A stretch of 64,000 nt of DNA, from NCBI GenBank assembly GCA_001897535.1, contig MKTC01000028.1:10409-74408 (forward strand), written 5' to 3'. Positions 50,005-60,193 of this stretch are shown piece after piece (within the stretch, counting starts at the first letter, position 1; the number at the start of each line of letters is the position of its first letter). A program made the translations under genes and the position numbers. This DNA is from Bacteroidetes bacterium 37-13 (lineage in GTDB: Bacteria; Bacteroidota; Bacteroidia; Chitinophagales; LD1). The notes beneath the pieces are model-generated. The model was not told the DNA's origin. It was given only the letters and a program-made list of their open reading frames with translations, and made no database searches.

Positions 50005-50530
50005 AGCTAAAAATCTGCTTGCTGTTTAATGAATCAAGTTCTCCGCTTTTGTTGTAAGCAACGGCAATTATATTTCCTTCAATATTTATTGCATCGTTCT
50101 GCAAATAGTGCATTAACCAAGTAGGATAGGTTTGCACTTTCACTGAATCGTTCAAAATTTTTGAGGCTAAATAATGATAGTTATTATCTGAAATTCTATC
50201 CTTGAATCGAGTATCAAAAACCTTAGAAATAGTATCTGAAAAATTGTTTTGTTTTAAGGCTGCATACCAATTAAATGTACTCTGTGTAATTGCAAATTGC
50301 ATGTGTGGAAATCGAGAAATATCAATTTGCATTCCGTTTAGTTTCAATGCTATAACTTCGACTGTGTCTGCTTTTGGAGCTTTGCCAGAATACATTCCGT
50401 AGTTCAGGAATGGAAACCATTCCACACCGCGCCAGGTTACAAATGTTTGCCCTAAAATAAACAATACTATTAGCGCAAAAGTTATTTTGTCATTCTTCAA
50501 CAACTGCCCTAAGAAAGTTTGTTTCAGCAT
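49988..50530 (-). CDS. Hypothetical single-TM protein with EWFPFLNYGMYS motif
   Basis: ORF track; N-terminal TM; overlaps the downstream gene by 17 nt. Confidence 0.65.
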   Translation of the reverse strand: MLKQTFLGQLLKNDKITFALIVLFILGQTFVTWRGVEWFPFLNYGMYSGKAPKADTVEVIALKLNGMQIDISRFPHMQFAITQSTFNWYAALKQNNFSDTISKVFDTRFKDRISDNNYHYLASKILNDSVKVQTYPTWLMHYLQNDAINIEGNIIAVAYNKSGELDSLNSKQIFSYGSNK

Positions 50531-50532
50531 AG

Positions 50533-51519
50533 CTAATTTACATACATCAAACTACAACCGCGCACATCGCTGTGGTCTATTCTGCCAAGCACTTCAAAAG
50601 AACTATTTTCTTTTAAAATGCCTAAATCTTCGGTGGCAATAAAAGAGCAGGAATAAATATTTGCAAGGTCAATTATGTTTATTCCGCCCGATTTATTTTG
50701 AGTAGAAATTTGTAATGGATTGTAAACATCGCGCACTAAAATTTTCATCCACTTCGGGGTGGTAAAAATTCCATTTCCTTTTGAATATGCTTGCGAAAGC
50801 AATTCTGTCATTCCGTATTCTGAATGGATATTTTCAAGCCCAAAACTTTGCTTTAAAATCTCGTGAACTTCTATTCGCAACAGCTCTTCTTTTCTTCCTT
50901 TCATGCCTCCGGTCTCCATAATAGTGGTATGCGAAAGCGGCATAGGAAATTGTTCGGCAAAATCAAGCAGGGCGTAAGTTACACCAAGCAGTAAAGTTTT
51001 TTGCTTATTACTTTCTAATACTTTTAGCTTAGCAGAAAGCGCTGCAAAATCATTTAAAAAAAAACCACTTTGCGAATGATTGCTGCTTTTTATTAAATGC
51101 TCAGCCATGTAAACTAAAGAAGAATTGCCACGCTCTAAATAAGAAGGAAGCAAGGCTAAAACACAGTAGTCGCTTGGCTTTCCATAAAATTGATTGAAAG
51201 TTTTGCTGAAGCTTTCTATATAAACGGCAGTATTTGCCACAAAATGTTTTGACGAAATAGTTCCAGTGGTGCCACTACTTTCAAAAACTACCGCAGCCTG
51301 CTGTTGTTCAGCAATAATTTTTTGTGTTTTAAAAAAGTTAATCGGCAAAAATGGAATATCTTCTATGCGATGAACATTCTCTGGAGTTCTCTTTAATCCT
51401 AAGCAAAATGTGCGATAGGTAATTTGGTTTTCAAACTGAAATCGAAAAACGTTTAGTGCAATTTTTTCAAACAAAAAATCGGTTACAGAAAATATACTGT
51501 TTATGTCGAAATCATTCAT
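50533..51519 (-). CDS. LuxE-family acyl-protein synthetase / acyl transferase
   Basis: IPFLPI.FFK, FESSGTTG, METGGMKG, HSEYGMTELLSQAY, FEVLGR....RGC. Confidence 0.9.
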   Translation of the reverse strand: MNDFDINSIFSVTDFLFEKIALNVFRFQFENQITYRTFCLGLKRTPENVHRIEDIPFLPINFFKTQKIIAEQQQAAVVFESSGTTGTISSKHFVANTAVYIESFSKTFNQFYGKPSDYCVLALLPSYLERGNSSLVYMAEHLIKSSNHSQSGFFLNDFAALSAKLKVLESNKQKTLLLGVTYALLDFAEQFPMPLSHTTIMETGGMKGRKEELLRIEVHEILKQSFGLENIHSEYGMTELLSQAYSKGNGIFTTPKWMKILVRDVYNPLQISTQNKSGGINIIDLANIYSCSFIATEDLGILKENSSFEVLGRIDHSDVRGCSLMYVN

Positions 51520-51524
51520 TGAAA

Positions 51525-52370
51525 TTATACCTCAAAAGGCTTTGCATTTTCGTAAGCCTTACGCTCTTTCCAAGCTTGCCAAGAGTTGCCCATCAAATGG
51601 TTTAAGCCTTTATCAACCACAAAATGTGTAGCTAAATTTATACCACCTTTTGCAGCGGTGAATGGTGAATTTTGCGAGCGCATGGCTAAACCAAAACTAA
51701 AATCCATGTAATACATATAATGCCAATATTGCGAAGGCATAAAAATGGTTTCACCGTGCTTTAAAACCGTTTCATAACCCGTTACATTTTTCAATGCAGG
51801 AAACTTTTCGTAATCAGGATTTTTAGGGTCAATCAAGCTTTTTACCGTAAATGGGTGGTGATATATTTTTTCGGTTTCTTCAGGCGAAAAAAGAATAACT
51901 CGTTTATTGCCAATAAACTGCGTTAAGAAAACATTAGCACAATCAATATCGTAGTGCATGGTAACTTCCGCGCCTTCGCCACCAAAAAACATAAATGGAA
52001 TTTTTATCCAATAGTTTTGGTAATCGGGGAACGAAAATGACTTTTTTAATTCCGGTGCGTGTTCAAAAATATCAAATAGAAATAAGCGATAATCAGAAAC
52101 TCCAGACTTTATTGTTTCCAAAAATTTAGCAAAAGGCATAGTGGTATCGTTAGTCATGTAACCTTTGCCCGGCTTGGAATAATTGCTTGAGAAAACAGGA
52201 ACTTCTATATTGCCATATTGACTATGAAAAAAATTGTAATCCCATTTATTCAGCGCGTCCCAACCCTTAGTGAAATCGGTAAAAACGCAAGGCTTATTTT
52301 TCTTTTGAAATTCTTCTTTAAACTCTCTTGGGCTAATGTTGCTCACCCTTTCAACTTGCAGAAGTTTCAT
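51525..52370 (-). CDS. JmjC/cupin_8 2-oxoglutarate-Fe(II) dioxygenase
   Basis: MFFGG...TMHYD (HxD), GNKRVILF, GETIFMPSQYWH (distal His). Confidence 0.88.
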   Translation of the reverse strand: MKLLQVERVSNISPREFKEEFQKKNKPCVFTDFTKGWDALNKWDYNFFHSQYGNIEVPVFSSNYSKPGKGYMTNDTTMPFAKFLETIKSGVSDYRLFLFDIFEHAPELKKSFSFPDYQNYWIKIPFMFFGGEGAEVTMHYDIDCANVFLTQFIGNKRVILFSPEETEKIYHHPFTVKSLIDPKNPDYEKFPALKNVTGYETVLKHGETIFMPSQYWHYMYYMDFSFGLAMRSQNSPFTAAKGGINLATHFVVDKGLNHLMGNSWQAWKERKAYENAKPFEV

Positions 52371-52417
52371 ATAATTTCTTTTTGTGAATGAATGTAATAG
52401 TCCGTTCTAAACTGCCG

Positions 52418-52425
52418 CAAATTTA
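52418..52425 (-). promoter_or_regulatory. -7 promoter box for the cupin-luxE operon
   Basis: Minus-strand TAAATTTG(C), an exact Bacteroidota TAnnTTTG consensus. Confidence 0.6.
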
Positions 52426-52555
52426 TAGGAAAATAAACAGAACGAACAACTGTTAGCCTTTGTTGAAAAACAAGATGAAGTAAAACTTACAAAAACCTAA
52501 AATGTGATACATAAATGAAATACACTAAGCGTAAATCACTTACAGGAAACTACTT

Positions 52556-53263
52556 CTATTTTTTACGATGAATAAACGCTTTGTAAGCATACTTTATTTT
52601 CTCGCTCAAAGACCAAGAAGATTTATCGTTAGAATCATTAATTCTTGAAGCCGGTAGAATCCACACATTTTTTGCTAAATCTAATAATACTAATTGTGCA
52701 AATTTATTTGTAAAATCTGTTTGCAGCAAAGCATTTCTAACTTCTCTATTTAGAATTCCAAAATCAAATCCACCTTGCGGCATTCGGCTATCCACAACCG
52801 ATAAAAGGCGATAAAAAACTTTCGACAAAACGACACTCATTCCCGTATCGCTGCGCCAAGTGCGCGACCCAATAGCCAAGTCGTGCCCGTTTTGTATTGC
52901 TTGATAAAGCGGAGCAATTGTTTTAAAAGAATTTTGCATATCGCATGAATAAAAAGCAACAGCATTTCCTTGCGCAGCATACATTCCGGTTTCTACGGCT
53001 TTTAACTGCCCTCCGTTTATTTCGTGTTGTAAAACCACCACCGAACTATTTTTAATTCCACGCAAAACCTCTAAAGATTTATCGGTACTCGCATCATCAA
53101 CAAAAATTATTTCGTAGCTATTTAGCTTTAATGTATGTTGAATAACTTCTTCCACCGCTTGCAGCACAATAGGAATTGAATTTTGCTTGTTGTAAACGGG
53201 CAACACAACAGAAAGTTCAATTGTAGAATTATTGTGTAAGAAAGTTTGTGCAGCAGATGTCAA
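52556..53263 (-). CDS. GT2 glycosyltransferase (polyprenol-phosphate sugar transferase-like, no C-terminal TM pair)
   Basis: SVVLPVYN, EIIFVDDASTD, NGGQ..A...G, SCDMQ in place of DADLQ. Start codon uncertain (TTG). Confidence 0.75.
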   Translation of the reverse strand: MTSAAQTFLHNNSTIELSVVLPVYNKQNSIPIVLQAVEEVIQHTLKLNSYEIIFVDDASTDKSLEVLRGIKNSSVVVLQHEINGGQLKAVETGMYAAQGNAVAFYSCDMQNSFKTIAPLYQAIQNGHDLAIGSRTWRSDTGMSVVLSKVFYRLLSVVDSRMPQGGFDFGILNREVRNALLQTDFTNKFAQLVLLDLAKNVWILPASRINDSNDKSSWSLSEKIKYAYKAFIHRKK

Positions 53264-53387
53264 TATGTTTTGTTGTTTAGCTTTTGCAATATTATGTTTT
53301 CATTCAATAAAAAAATATTGGAGGATACTTTTATTAGAGATTTACCATTATTACATGTTTTCTAGAAAGCATTTTTTATGTGAAGCG

Positions 53388-54743
53388 ATGGAGATAAAAG
53401 AACAAACAGTTGAAAATTGGGGATTGCAAAAAGTAAATTCTATAGTTGTAAAACCACAAAGCTATTCACAGCTTGAAAGTGCTATTGCTACTGCGCAAAA
53501 GCAGAAATTAAAAATTTGCGCAGCGGGCGGGCTCATGAGTTTTAGTAATGTTTGTTTGCTCAGTAAAAACTATTCTGTTGATACTACTTCCCTCAATAAT
53601 ATCATTGAAATAAATCCACAAGCGCAATATATAATTGCACAAGCAGGATTAAAGGAAGTTGAGCTTTTACAAAAAATTTTACCCTTAGGTTTTACTGTTG
53701 CAGGGCTCACCGGTTCTACCGGCAACACCATTGGTGGAAATATCGGCAACGATGTGAATGGAAAAGATTCCTGGCACAGAGGTAATTTTGGCGCGAATGT
53801 TTTAGCGCTAAAACTAATGCTTGCAAATGGCTCAATCATTGATATTGAAAAAGGAAAAGATGATACTTTGCTGAATGCCGTAATTGGCGGCATGGGTTTG
53901 CTGGGAATTATTCTTGAAGTGAAACTAAAACTGTTGCCCATAGCAGGAATGGAGTGTAAAACTTCAACGAAAAAATTAAAAAATGTAGAACATCTTTTTG
54001 ACTACATGAGCAACTTATCTCCAATACAAAATCAATATGCGTATTGCTGGACAGATCCTTTTGCAAGTAATGAAAATACAGGAAAAGGGCTTTGTGAAAC
54101 TGCCATACTTCAAGCCTCAGAAAATATTGTAGAAGCGCCAATTCAACCACAAAAGACAATAGCCGGTTTATCACCGGAATTGTTTTGGAAACTCTTTCGC
54201 CTTACAGAAACTAAATGGTCTTTTCGCTTGGCAAATTATTTTAAATATCAACTTGCTTCAAATAAAACAGCAGCAACTTCCTTTTGGAATTTTCAATATC
54301 CGATGCTTAAATTTTTCCCCAACTGGAACTTTAAGTTTGCACCAAAAGGATTTCAAGAATGGCAGATTTTTTTTTCCACCAAAAACTTTATTCAGAGCTA
54401 TAAAAAAATTCTTGCAGTATGTAGAAAATACAACCAAATTCCCTTTCTGTGTGCGGTGCGGAAACATCAACCTCAAAGTGGTTATTTATCTTTTGCCGGA
54501 GATGGATTTTCACTTACTATAAATTATGATTTAAATAGAAAATTTAATGTGCAAAGTTTCGAGAAAGAACTCATCGATACAGTACTCGAAAATTCCGGGA
54601 AAGTGTATTTAGGAAAGTATCCGTATTTTAGCGAAGAGGCACTACAAAGCATGTATCCTGAATGGAAATTATTTTGCGAAATTAAAAAGCAATACGACCC
54701 CGATTTTCTATTTACTTCCGATGCTTTTGCTTGGAAGTTTTAG
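53388..54743 (+). CDS. FAD-binding oxidoreductase, DprE1-like
   Basis: NWG, TIGGNIGNDVNGK, GGMGLLGII, GFQEWQ, YLSF..DGFSL, GKVYLGK, K..YDP...F.SD; start taken at ATG 53388. Confidence 0.8.
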   Translation: MEIKEQTVENWGLQKVNSIVVKPQSYSQLESAIATAQKQKLKICAAGGLMSFSNVCLLSKNYSVDTTSLNNIIEINPQAQYIIAQAGLKEVELLQKILPLGFTVAGLTGSTGNTIGGNIGNDVNGKDSWHRGNFGANVLALKLMLANGSIIDIEKGKDDTLLNAVIGGMGLLGIILEVKLKLLPIAGMECKTSTKKLKNVEHLFDYMSNLSPIQNQYAYCWTDPFASNENTGKGLCETAILQASENIVEAPIQPQKTIAGLSPELFWKLFRLTETKWSFRLANYFKYQLASNKTAATSFWNFQYPMLKFFPNWNFKFAPKGFQEWQIFFSTKNFIQSYKKILAVCRKYNQIPFLCAVRKHQPQSGYLSFAGDGFSLTINYDLNRKFNVQSFEKELIDTVLENSGKVYLGKYPYFSEEALQSMYPEWKLFCEIKKQYDPDFLFTSDAFAWKF

Positions 54744-54784
54744 CTTTTGAACAAGGTGCGATTTTAGAACAAAAAAATCTCTGA

Positions 54785-54792
54785 TACATTTG
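54785..54792 (+). promoter_or_regulatory. -7 promoter box upstream of the mutase gene
   Basis: TACATTTG(C), exact TAnnTTTG consensus, 63 nt before ATG 54856. Confidence 0.6.
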
Positions 54793-54855
54793 CAGATATT
54801 AGCGATATTAAGCAGTAAAAATTTTTGCTGTTTAGTGAATTGAAAACTGAGAATT

Positions 54856-56790
54856 ATGCTTACAGAAGAACTCAAAAAAAAATATACTGAAATTGAATTA
54901 AAACTTCATCCAGACTGCAAAAAGTTGATAGCAGAATGGGAGAATGTAAAAGAAAAATACAGCGGAGAAACATTCGATTTTTCAGTGCGTGGCAAGTTGT
55001 TGAAATTACCTTTTGCTTATCAATCGCTCAGCGGCACATCAATTAAAAAAGTGTATTTACCGCGCTACAGCGATTGGGGCGATATTTTAAAATGGCAGTT
55101 GCAAGAAAATGTTCCGGGTGAATTTCCATACACCGCAGGCGTGTTTCCACTAAAGCGCGAAGGCGAAGACCCAACGCGAATGTTTGCCGGAGAAGGCGGA
55201 CCGGAACGCACCAACAAAAGATTTCACTATGTTTCTGCCGGGCAGCCTGCTATTCGCTTATCTACTGCTTTCGATAGTGTTACGCTCTATGGTGAAGACC
55301 CAGATCATCGCCCTGATATTTATGGCAAAATTGGCAATAGCGGTGTGAGCATTGCCACAGTTGATGATGCAAAAAAGCTTTACAGCGGCTTTGATTTGTG
55401 CAATCCGAAAACTTCGGTGAGCATGACCATAAACGGGCCTGCGCCAATTATTCTTGCCTTCTTTATGAATGCCGCCATAGACCAAGAATGTGAAAAATAC
55501 ATCCAGGAAAACAGCTTGGAAAAAGAAGTAGAAAAATACAAAGCAAAGATTAAAGATTGGATGGGCTACAACGGTTCATTACCTGAAGGGAACAACGGAC
55601 TTGGGCTGAAACTTCTAGGATTTTCAGGTAGTGATATTTTACCAAAAGAAGTATATGAAAAGTTGAAAGCAAAAGCACTTTCTTCAGTTCGTGGCACCGT
55701 GCAAGCCGATATTTTAAAAGAAGACCAAGCGCAAAATACCTGTATTTTTTCAACCGAATTTTCGCTCAAGTTAATGGGTGATGTGCAAGCGTATTTCATT
55801 CAACACCAAGTGCAAAATTTCTATTCGGTTTCCATTAGCGGCTACCACATTGCCGAAGCCGGAGCAAACCCAATTACGCAACTGGCTTTCACTTTAGCCA
55901 ATGGTTTCACTTACGTAGAATACTATTTAAGTCGCGGCATGAAGATTGATGATTTTGCACCGAATCTTTCTTTCTTTTTTAGCAATGGAATGGATCCGGA
56001 ATATTCTGTGATTGGAAGAGTGGCGCGCAGAATTTGGGCAAAAGCAATGAAGCATAAATACAATGCTAACGAACGCAGCCAAAAATTGAAGTATCATATT
56101 CAAACTTCAGGGCGCAGTTTGCACGCACAGGAAATTGATTTCAACGACATACGAACAACACTACAAGCGCTTTACGCCATTTACGACAACTGCAATTCGT
56201 TACACACCAATGCTTATGACGAAGCCATTACCACACCAACCGAAGAAAGTGTGCGCAGAGCAATGGCAATTCAGCTTATTATCAATAGAGAATTAGGAAC
56301 GGCAAAGAATGAAAATCCAAATCAAGGTTCGTTTTTAATTGAAGAATTAACTGATTTAGTTGAAGAAGCTGTGTTAGCTGAATTTAATAGAATTTCTGAA
56401 CGCGGAGGTGTGTTAGGTGCAATGGAAAGAATGTATCAACGCAACAAAATTCAAGAAGAAAGTTTGTACTACGAACACTTAAAACACACGGGCGAATTTC
56501 CAATTGTGGGCGTGAATACATTCTTGAGCAAAGATGGTTCACCAACTATTCTCCCACGCGAAGTAATTCGCTCTACTGAAGAAGAAAAACAATACCAAAT
56601 TGATGCGCTTAACTCGTTTAAAAAACGCCACCAAAGCAAGAGTACTGCTGCGTTAGCACAGTTACAAAAGGTTGCAATAAACAATGGAAATCTTTTTGAA
56701 GAACTTATGCAAACCGTAAAATTCTGCTCCTTAGGTGAAATAACACACGCACTTTTTGAAGTGGGCGGACAATATAGAAGAAGCATGTAG
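54856..56790 (+). CDS. Acyl-CoA mutase catalytic domain, equivalent to the C-terminal half of IcmF (isobutyryl-CoA mutase-like)
   Basis: [63 protein letters not shown]. No B12-binding or MeaB domain. Confidence 0.9.
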   Translation: MLTEELKKKYTEIELKLHPDCKKLIAEWENVKEKYSGETFDFSVRGKLLKLPFAYQSLSGTSIKKVYLPRYSDWGDILKWQLQENVPGEFPYTAGVFPLKREGEDPTRMFAGEGGPERTNKRFHYVSAGQPAIRLSTAFDSVTLYGEDPDHRPDIYGKIGNSGVSIATVDDAKKLYSGFDLCNPKTSVSMTINGPAPIILAFFMNAAIDQECEKYIQENSLEKEVEKYKAKIKDWMGYNGSLPEGNNGLGLKLLGFSGSDILPKEVYEKLKAKALSSVRGTVQADILKEDQAQNTCIFSTEFSLKLMGDVQAYFIQHQVQNFYSVSISGYHIAEAGANPITQLAFTLANGFTYVEYYLSRGMKIDDFAPNLSFFFSNGMDPEYSVIGRVARRIWAKAMKHKYNANERSQKLKYHIQTSGRSLHAQEIDFNDIRTTLQALYAIYDNCNSLHTNAYDEAITTPTEESVRRAMAIQLIINRELGTAKNENPNQGSFLIEELTDLVEEAVLAEFNRISERGGVLGAMERMYQRNKIQEESLYYEHLKHTGEFPIVGVNTFLSKDGSPTILPREVIRSTEEEKQYQIDALNSFKKRHQSKSTAALAQLQKVAINNGNLFEELMQTVKFCSLGEITHALFEVGGQYRRSM

Positions 56791-56799
56791 TTTTACTAC

Positions 56800-58116
56800 T
56801 TATTTTACTTTACTTTTTATTAAACTAAGATACTCATTGTAAAGTTGAATAAGTTCCTCTCGCTCTTTAGGTGTAACTCGATTAGAAGTTTTTATTGCTT
56901 GTAAAAATTGTTGTTTTAAAGAATCTATGTTTGTTGTAGAAGTCTTTGTTTTTGCCTTATTAAAAAACAATATATCGTCTAAAGATTTTAATCCTACAAA
57001 AGTTTCAGTAGCGCCAAATTGTATTTCTGGCTTATTGCTTTTTGTTGCTTTAATCACCAAAGGCGCTGAACTATTTAGTTGAATTCTGTTTTGAGTTTTA
57101 AGAAATTTCAACTTAGGATTTACTAAATAATTTACCTCACTTTTACCCGAAACTTGTGCAATTTCTATTTCGTTTATATAGCTTTTTGTAGGAAGCAAAA
57201 CTGAAGTATCATTCAGATGAAATACTTTATTATTTGCAGCAAAACTCATATTGCCTTTTGCACTAAATGGCACTAACGGAAGTTGAAGCTTACCTTTAGA
57301 ATTAGTTTCCAAACAAACTAAAATATTGGCAAAACCAAATTCTTTATTGTACGAAATTTGAAGTGAAGATTTACCGGGCAAAGTAAATTGTTTCGGAGTT
57401 TGTGCATAATTAAAACTATACTGAGTAACATCTCTAAAAAATTCTTTAGCCTCGTATAATTTTGAAAAATATACCGACAAAAATGTTCTACCTCGATAAA
57501 GCGGATTGAAATATTGCGTATCTGCATTGGTAGCAAACATTGCATTTAGATTATTGCCAATTTCCTCAACAGAAAGTTTTTCTCCTTTTTTATTTGTGTA
57601 AAAAGTTCCGCAAGTAGGATCGAGCATTTGCCATTTTCTATCTGTAAACACTTCCGGAATTACATGCGCATCTATATTCATTATGCGCACCGAGTCGCCT
57701 TCATTTTCCCAAACGGCAGCTAAAACCGAAGCAAGATCATCACAAAAACCACCACCAATAGAGTTGATAAAAAGTAAAGGTTCGTGCTGCCAAGTTTCAG
57801 TAGAATATGGAGAATTGTAAAAAGTATTTCTCCTTACAAAAAGGTATGCTGCTTCTTGTTTTGAAAGCTTTTCTTGTAAGGAAATGGCATCAATTTTATT
57901 TGAAATATTTTCAAAATATAAGGGAAAAATTCCGTTTATGTTTAATGAGAAAGTAACCGGCAAAGAGCTTTTATTCTCAATACTTATTGTGTTTAGAGAA
58001 TCATTTAATTCAATGGTTTTACTGTATTCTACTGCAGTACTTTTATCGCGGTAGCAACTTGTAAAAAACATTGCTGTAACAAGAAAAGAAAGTACTAATT
58101 TAAAATCCTTAGCCAT
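56800..58116 (-). CDS. Lipoprotein with transglutaminase-like domain
   Basis: Lipobox FTSC; GFCDD...HVIPEV...WQMLDP suggests a Cys-His-Asp triad. Confidence 0.65.
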   Translation of the reverse strand: MAKDFKLVLSFLVTAMFFTSCYRDKSTAVEYSKTIELNDSLNTISIENKSSLPVTFSLNINGIFPLYFENISNKIDAISLQEKLSKQEAAYLFVRRNTFYNSPYSTETWQHEPLLFINSIGGGFCDDLASVLAAVWENEGDSVRIMNIDAHVIPEVFTDRKWQMLDPTCGTFYTNKKGEKLSVEEIGNNLNAMFATNADTQYFNPLYRGRTFLSVYFSKLYEAKEFFRDVTQYSFNYAQTPKQFTLPGKSSLQISYNKEFGFANILVCLETNSKGKLQLPLVPFSAKGNMSFAANNKVFHLNDTSVLLPTKSYINEIEIAQVSGKSEVNYLVNPKLKFLKTQNRIQLNSSAPLVIKATKSNKPEIQFGATETFVGLKSLDDILFFNKAKTKTSTTNIDSLKQQFLQAIKTSNRVTPKEREELIQLYNEYLSLIKSKVK

Positions 58117-58160
58117 TGAATATGTGGTTTAATTAAGTTTCGCTGCTCACTAAAATTACT

Positions 58161-58847
58161 TTAGAAAGCAAACTGTAGATAATTAATTTTTCTACCTGCT
58201 GCCAAGTGCTGGCGCTCGTAAAAAGTTTTAATCTCTAAAGTATCGAAATCTAATTTTGAGGCATAAATATCTTCTTTGTAGTACAATAGTTTTGCACCAA
58301 ATGCTTCTATACTTTCTCTTGAATATCGAAAGAAATTCAGGTCGTCTGTTTTTAAATTCACAACTCCATCTTTAGCTAAAAGAGGCTTGTATTTTGCTAA
58401 GAAGTTTTTGTAAGTAAGGCGATGCTTTTCGTGGCTGTCTTTCGGAAATGGATCCGGAAAAGTTATCCAAACTTCACTTATTTCTTTTTCGGAAAAGAAG
58501 TGTGGAATATTTTCAATTTTAAGTCGCGCAAAGCGCACATTTGCAATGTTTTCTTCAATACACTTTTTAGCTCCGGTGTGTATTCTCGGTCCTTTAATAT
58601 CTATGCCAATAAAATTTTTGTCAGCATTTTTTTGAGCTAAAGCAATAGTGTAATCTCCTTTGCCACAAGCAAGTTCTACTACTATTAGATTTTGATTCCC
58701 GAATATTTCGTGCCACTTTCCTTTACATTCAATCACTTCATTTTTTTCGTTATGCAATACCGGATTATTAAATTCGTAGCATTGTAATACGTTGCCAAAA
58801 GTGTTTATTTCTGCAATCTTTTTCTTCTTATCTTTTCTTCCGCTCAT
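58161..58847 (-). CDS. trmB: tRNA (guanine-N7)-methyltransferase
   Basis: ELACGKG, GIDIKGPR, WITFPDP, LKTD, TFYE; start taken at ATG 58847. Confidence 0.94.
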   Translation of the reverse strand: MSGRKDKKKKIAEINTFGNVLQCYEFNNPVLHNEKNEVIECKGKWHEIFGNQNLIVVELACGKGDYTIALAQKNADKNFIGIDIKGPRIHTGAKKCIEENIANVRFARLKIENIPHFFSEKEISEVWITFPDPFPKDSHEKHRLTYKNFLAKYKPLLAKDGVVNLKTDDLNFFRYSRESIEAFGAKLLYYKEDIYASKLDFDTLEIKTFYERQHLAAGRKINYLQFAF

Positions 58848-58889
58848 GGCGCAAACCTGCACAAAATTTCAATTAAGAATGTCTCAAAA

Positions 58890-60179
58890 TTAAGCAGTCG
58901 TAATTTCAGATAAAACGTTTGCCATTTTTTTTGCTTGGTTACTTCGCGAAAATACTTGAAAAGCGTTGTTATAGCTTATTTCTTCACGATGTTTAAATGC
59001 TAAATAGAATTGTGATAAAGTATTAAAAGCTGTGGCTTCATCTTCAAAATCGCACATGGCTTCTCTGCCACATTCTTGCAACAATTTTGCGGCATCGCCA
59101 TTAGTATTTCCGAAAGCTAAAATTGGCTTTACGGCTGCCAAGTATTCAAATATTTTTCCTGTAATAATTCGCTCATCGTTTGGCACTTGAGGTATGGCAA
59201 ATAATAGCGCATCGGCAGTAAAAATAAGTTGTATTGCTTCTGTGTGTGGAACAAAATCTTTGTAACGCACAAGGTTTTGTAAATTGTTTTCTTCAATCAA
59301 AAGCTTTACACTTTCATCAACTCTGCCAATAAATTCGATTTGCAGTTTTGCATTTTCTTCTTTTGCCAAACGCGCAACGGCTTTCCAAAATGCAGGTATT
59401 TTTTGCGATGCAAATAAATTTCCAACATAGCGAATCGTGAAAATAACATTGTTAGTTTTGGCAGTAATTTCGTTTGAATCTGTTTCATCAAATCCATTCC
59501 AAATTACGGCTATTCGCTTTGCTCTATCTTCAAATTCTTGTTTCATCGAAGGTCCAATTACGGCAACTGTATCAGCCGCTTTCAGCACTTTATCTTCTAA
59601 GCTTTTATCGTATTTTTTTGCCCAAGAAGCGCGTGGTAAATAGTGATTGGTAAAAATGCTTGTCCAAGGATCGCGGAAATCTGCAATCCATTTTACGCCA
59701 AATTCTTTTTTTAAAATTAAACCAATTAAATGTGTGCTATGTGGCGGGCCGGTTGTGATTATCGCATCTATTTTTTGATTTTTAATAATGCTTGCTCCCG
59801 TACTTACAGCATATTTTACCCAACCTTTTCGCGCATCTGGAATAAAGAAATTAGCGCGAATATATTCTGCTGCTTTTTGGAAAAGCGATTTCTTTTTTGA
59901 ACTGTCTAACATTGCTGTGGGCAACTGTTTCCCTTTTTTTCCACGCAGTAAATTATACAATTCAAACGGTTCGAAAGTATCGGTTTTATATACTTTTATT
60001 GAAGGTAAAACTTCCTTTTCTAAAGAAGAATCGGTGTAAGGATAACTGCCATCTTTCACCGTTACAATAACCGGCTGCCAACCATTTTCCGGCAAGTATT
60101 TTGAAAATTTCAACCAGCGTTGAACCGCTACGCCACCGGCAGGAGTCCAATAATAAGTGAAAATGAGAACGTGTTTCAA
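58890..60179 (-). CDS. GT4 family glycosyltransferase
   Basis: YYW.PAGG..VQRWLKF, TTGPPHSTH, ADFRDPW, TGKIFEYL. Confidence 0.9.
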   Translation of the reverse strand: MKHVLIFTYYWTPAGGVAVQRWLKFSKYLPENGWQPVIVTVKDGSYPYTDSSLEKEVLPSIKVYKTDTFEPFELYNLLRGKKGKQLPTAMLDSSKKKSLFQKAAEYIRANFFIPDARKGWVKYAVSTGASIIKNQKIDAIITTGPPHSTHLIGLILKKEFGVKWIADFRDPWTSIFTNHYLPRASWAKKYDKSLEDKVLKAADTVAVIGPSMKQEFEDRAKRIAVIWNGFDETDSNEITAKTNNVIFTIRYVGNLFASQKIPAFWKAVARLAKEENAKLQIEFIGRVDESVKLLIEENNLQNLVRYKDFVPHTEAIQLIFTADALLFAIPQVPNDERIITGKIFEYLAAVKPILAFGNTNGDAAKLLQECGREAMCDFEDEATAFNTLSQFYLAFKHREEISYNNAFQVFSRSNQAKKMANVLSEITTA

Positions 60180-60193
60180 CGCGAAGTTTTTAG

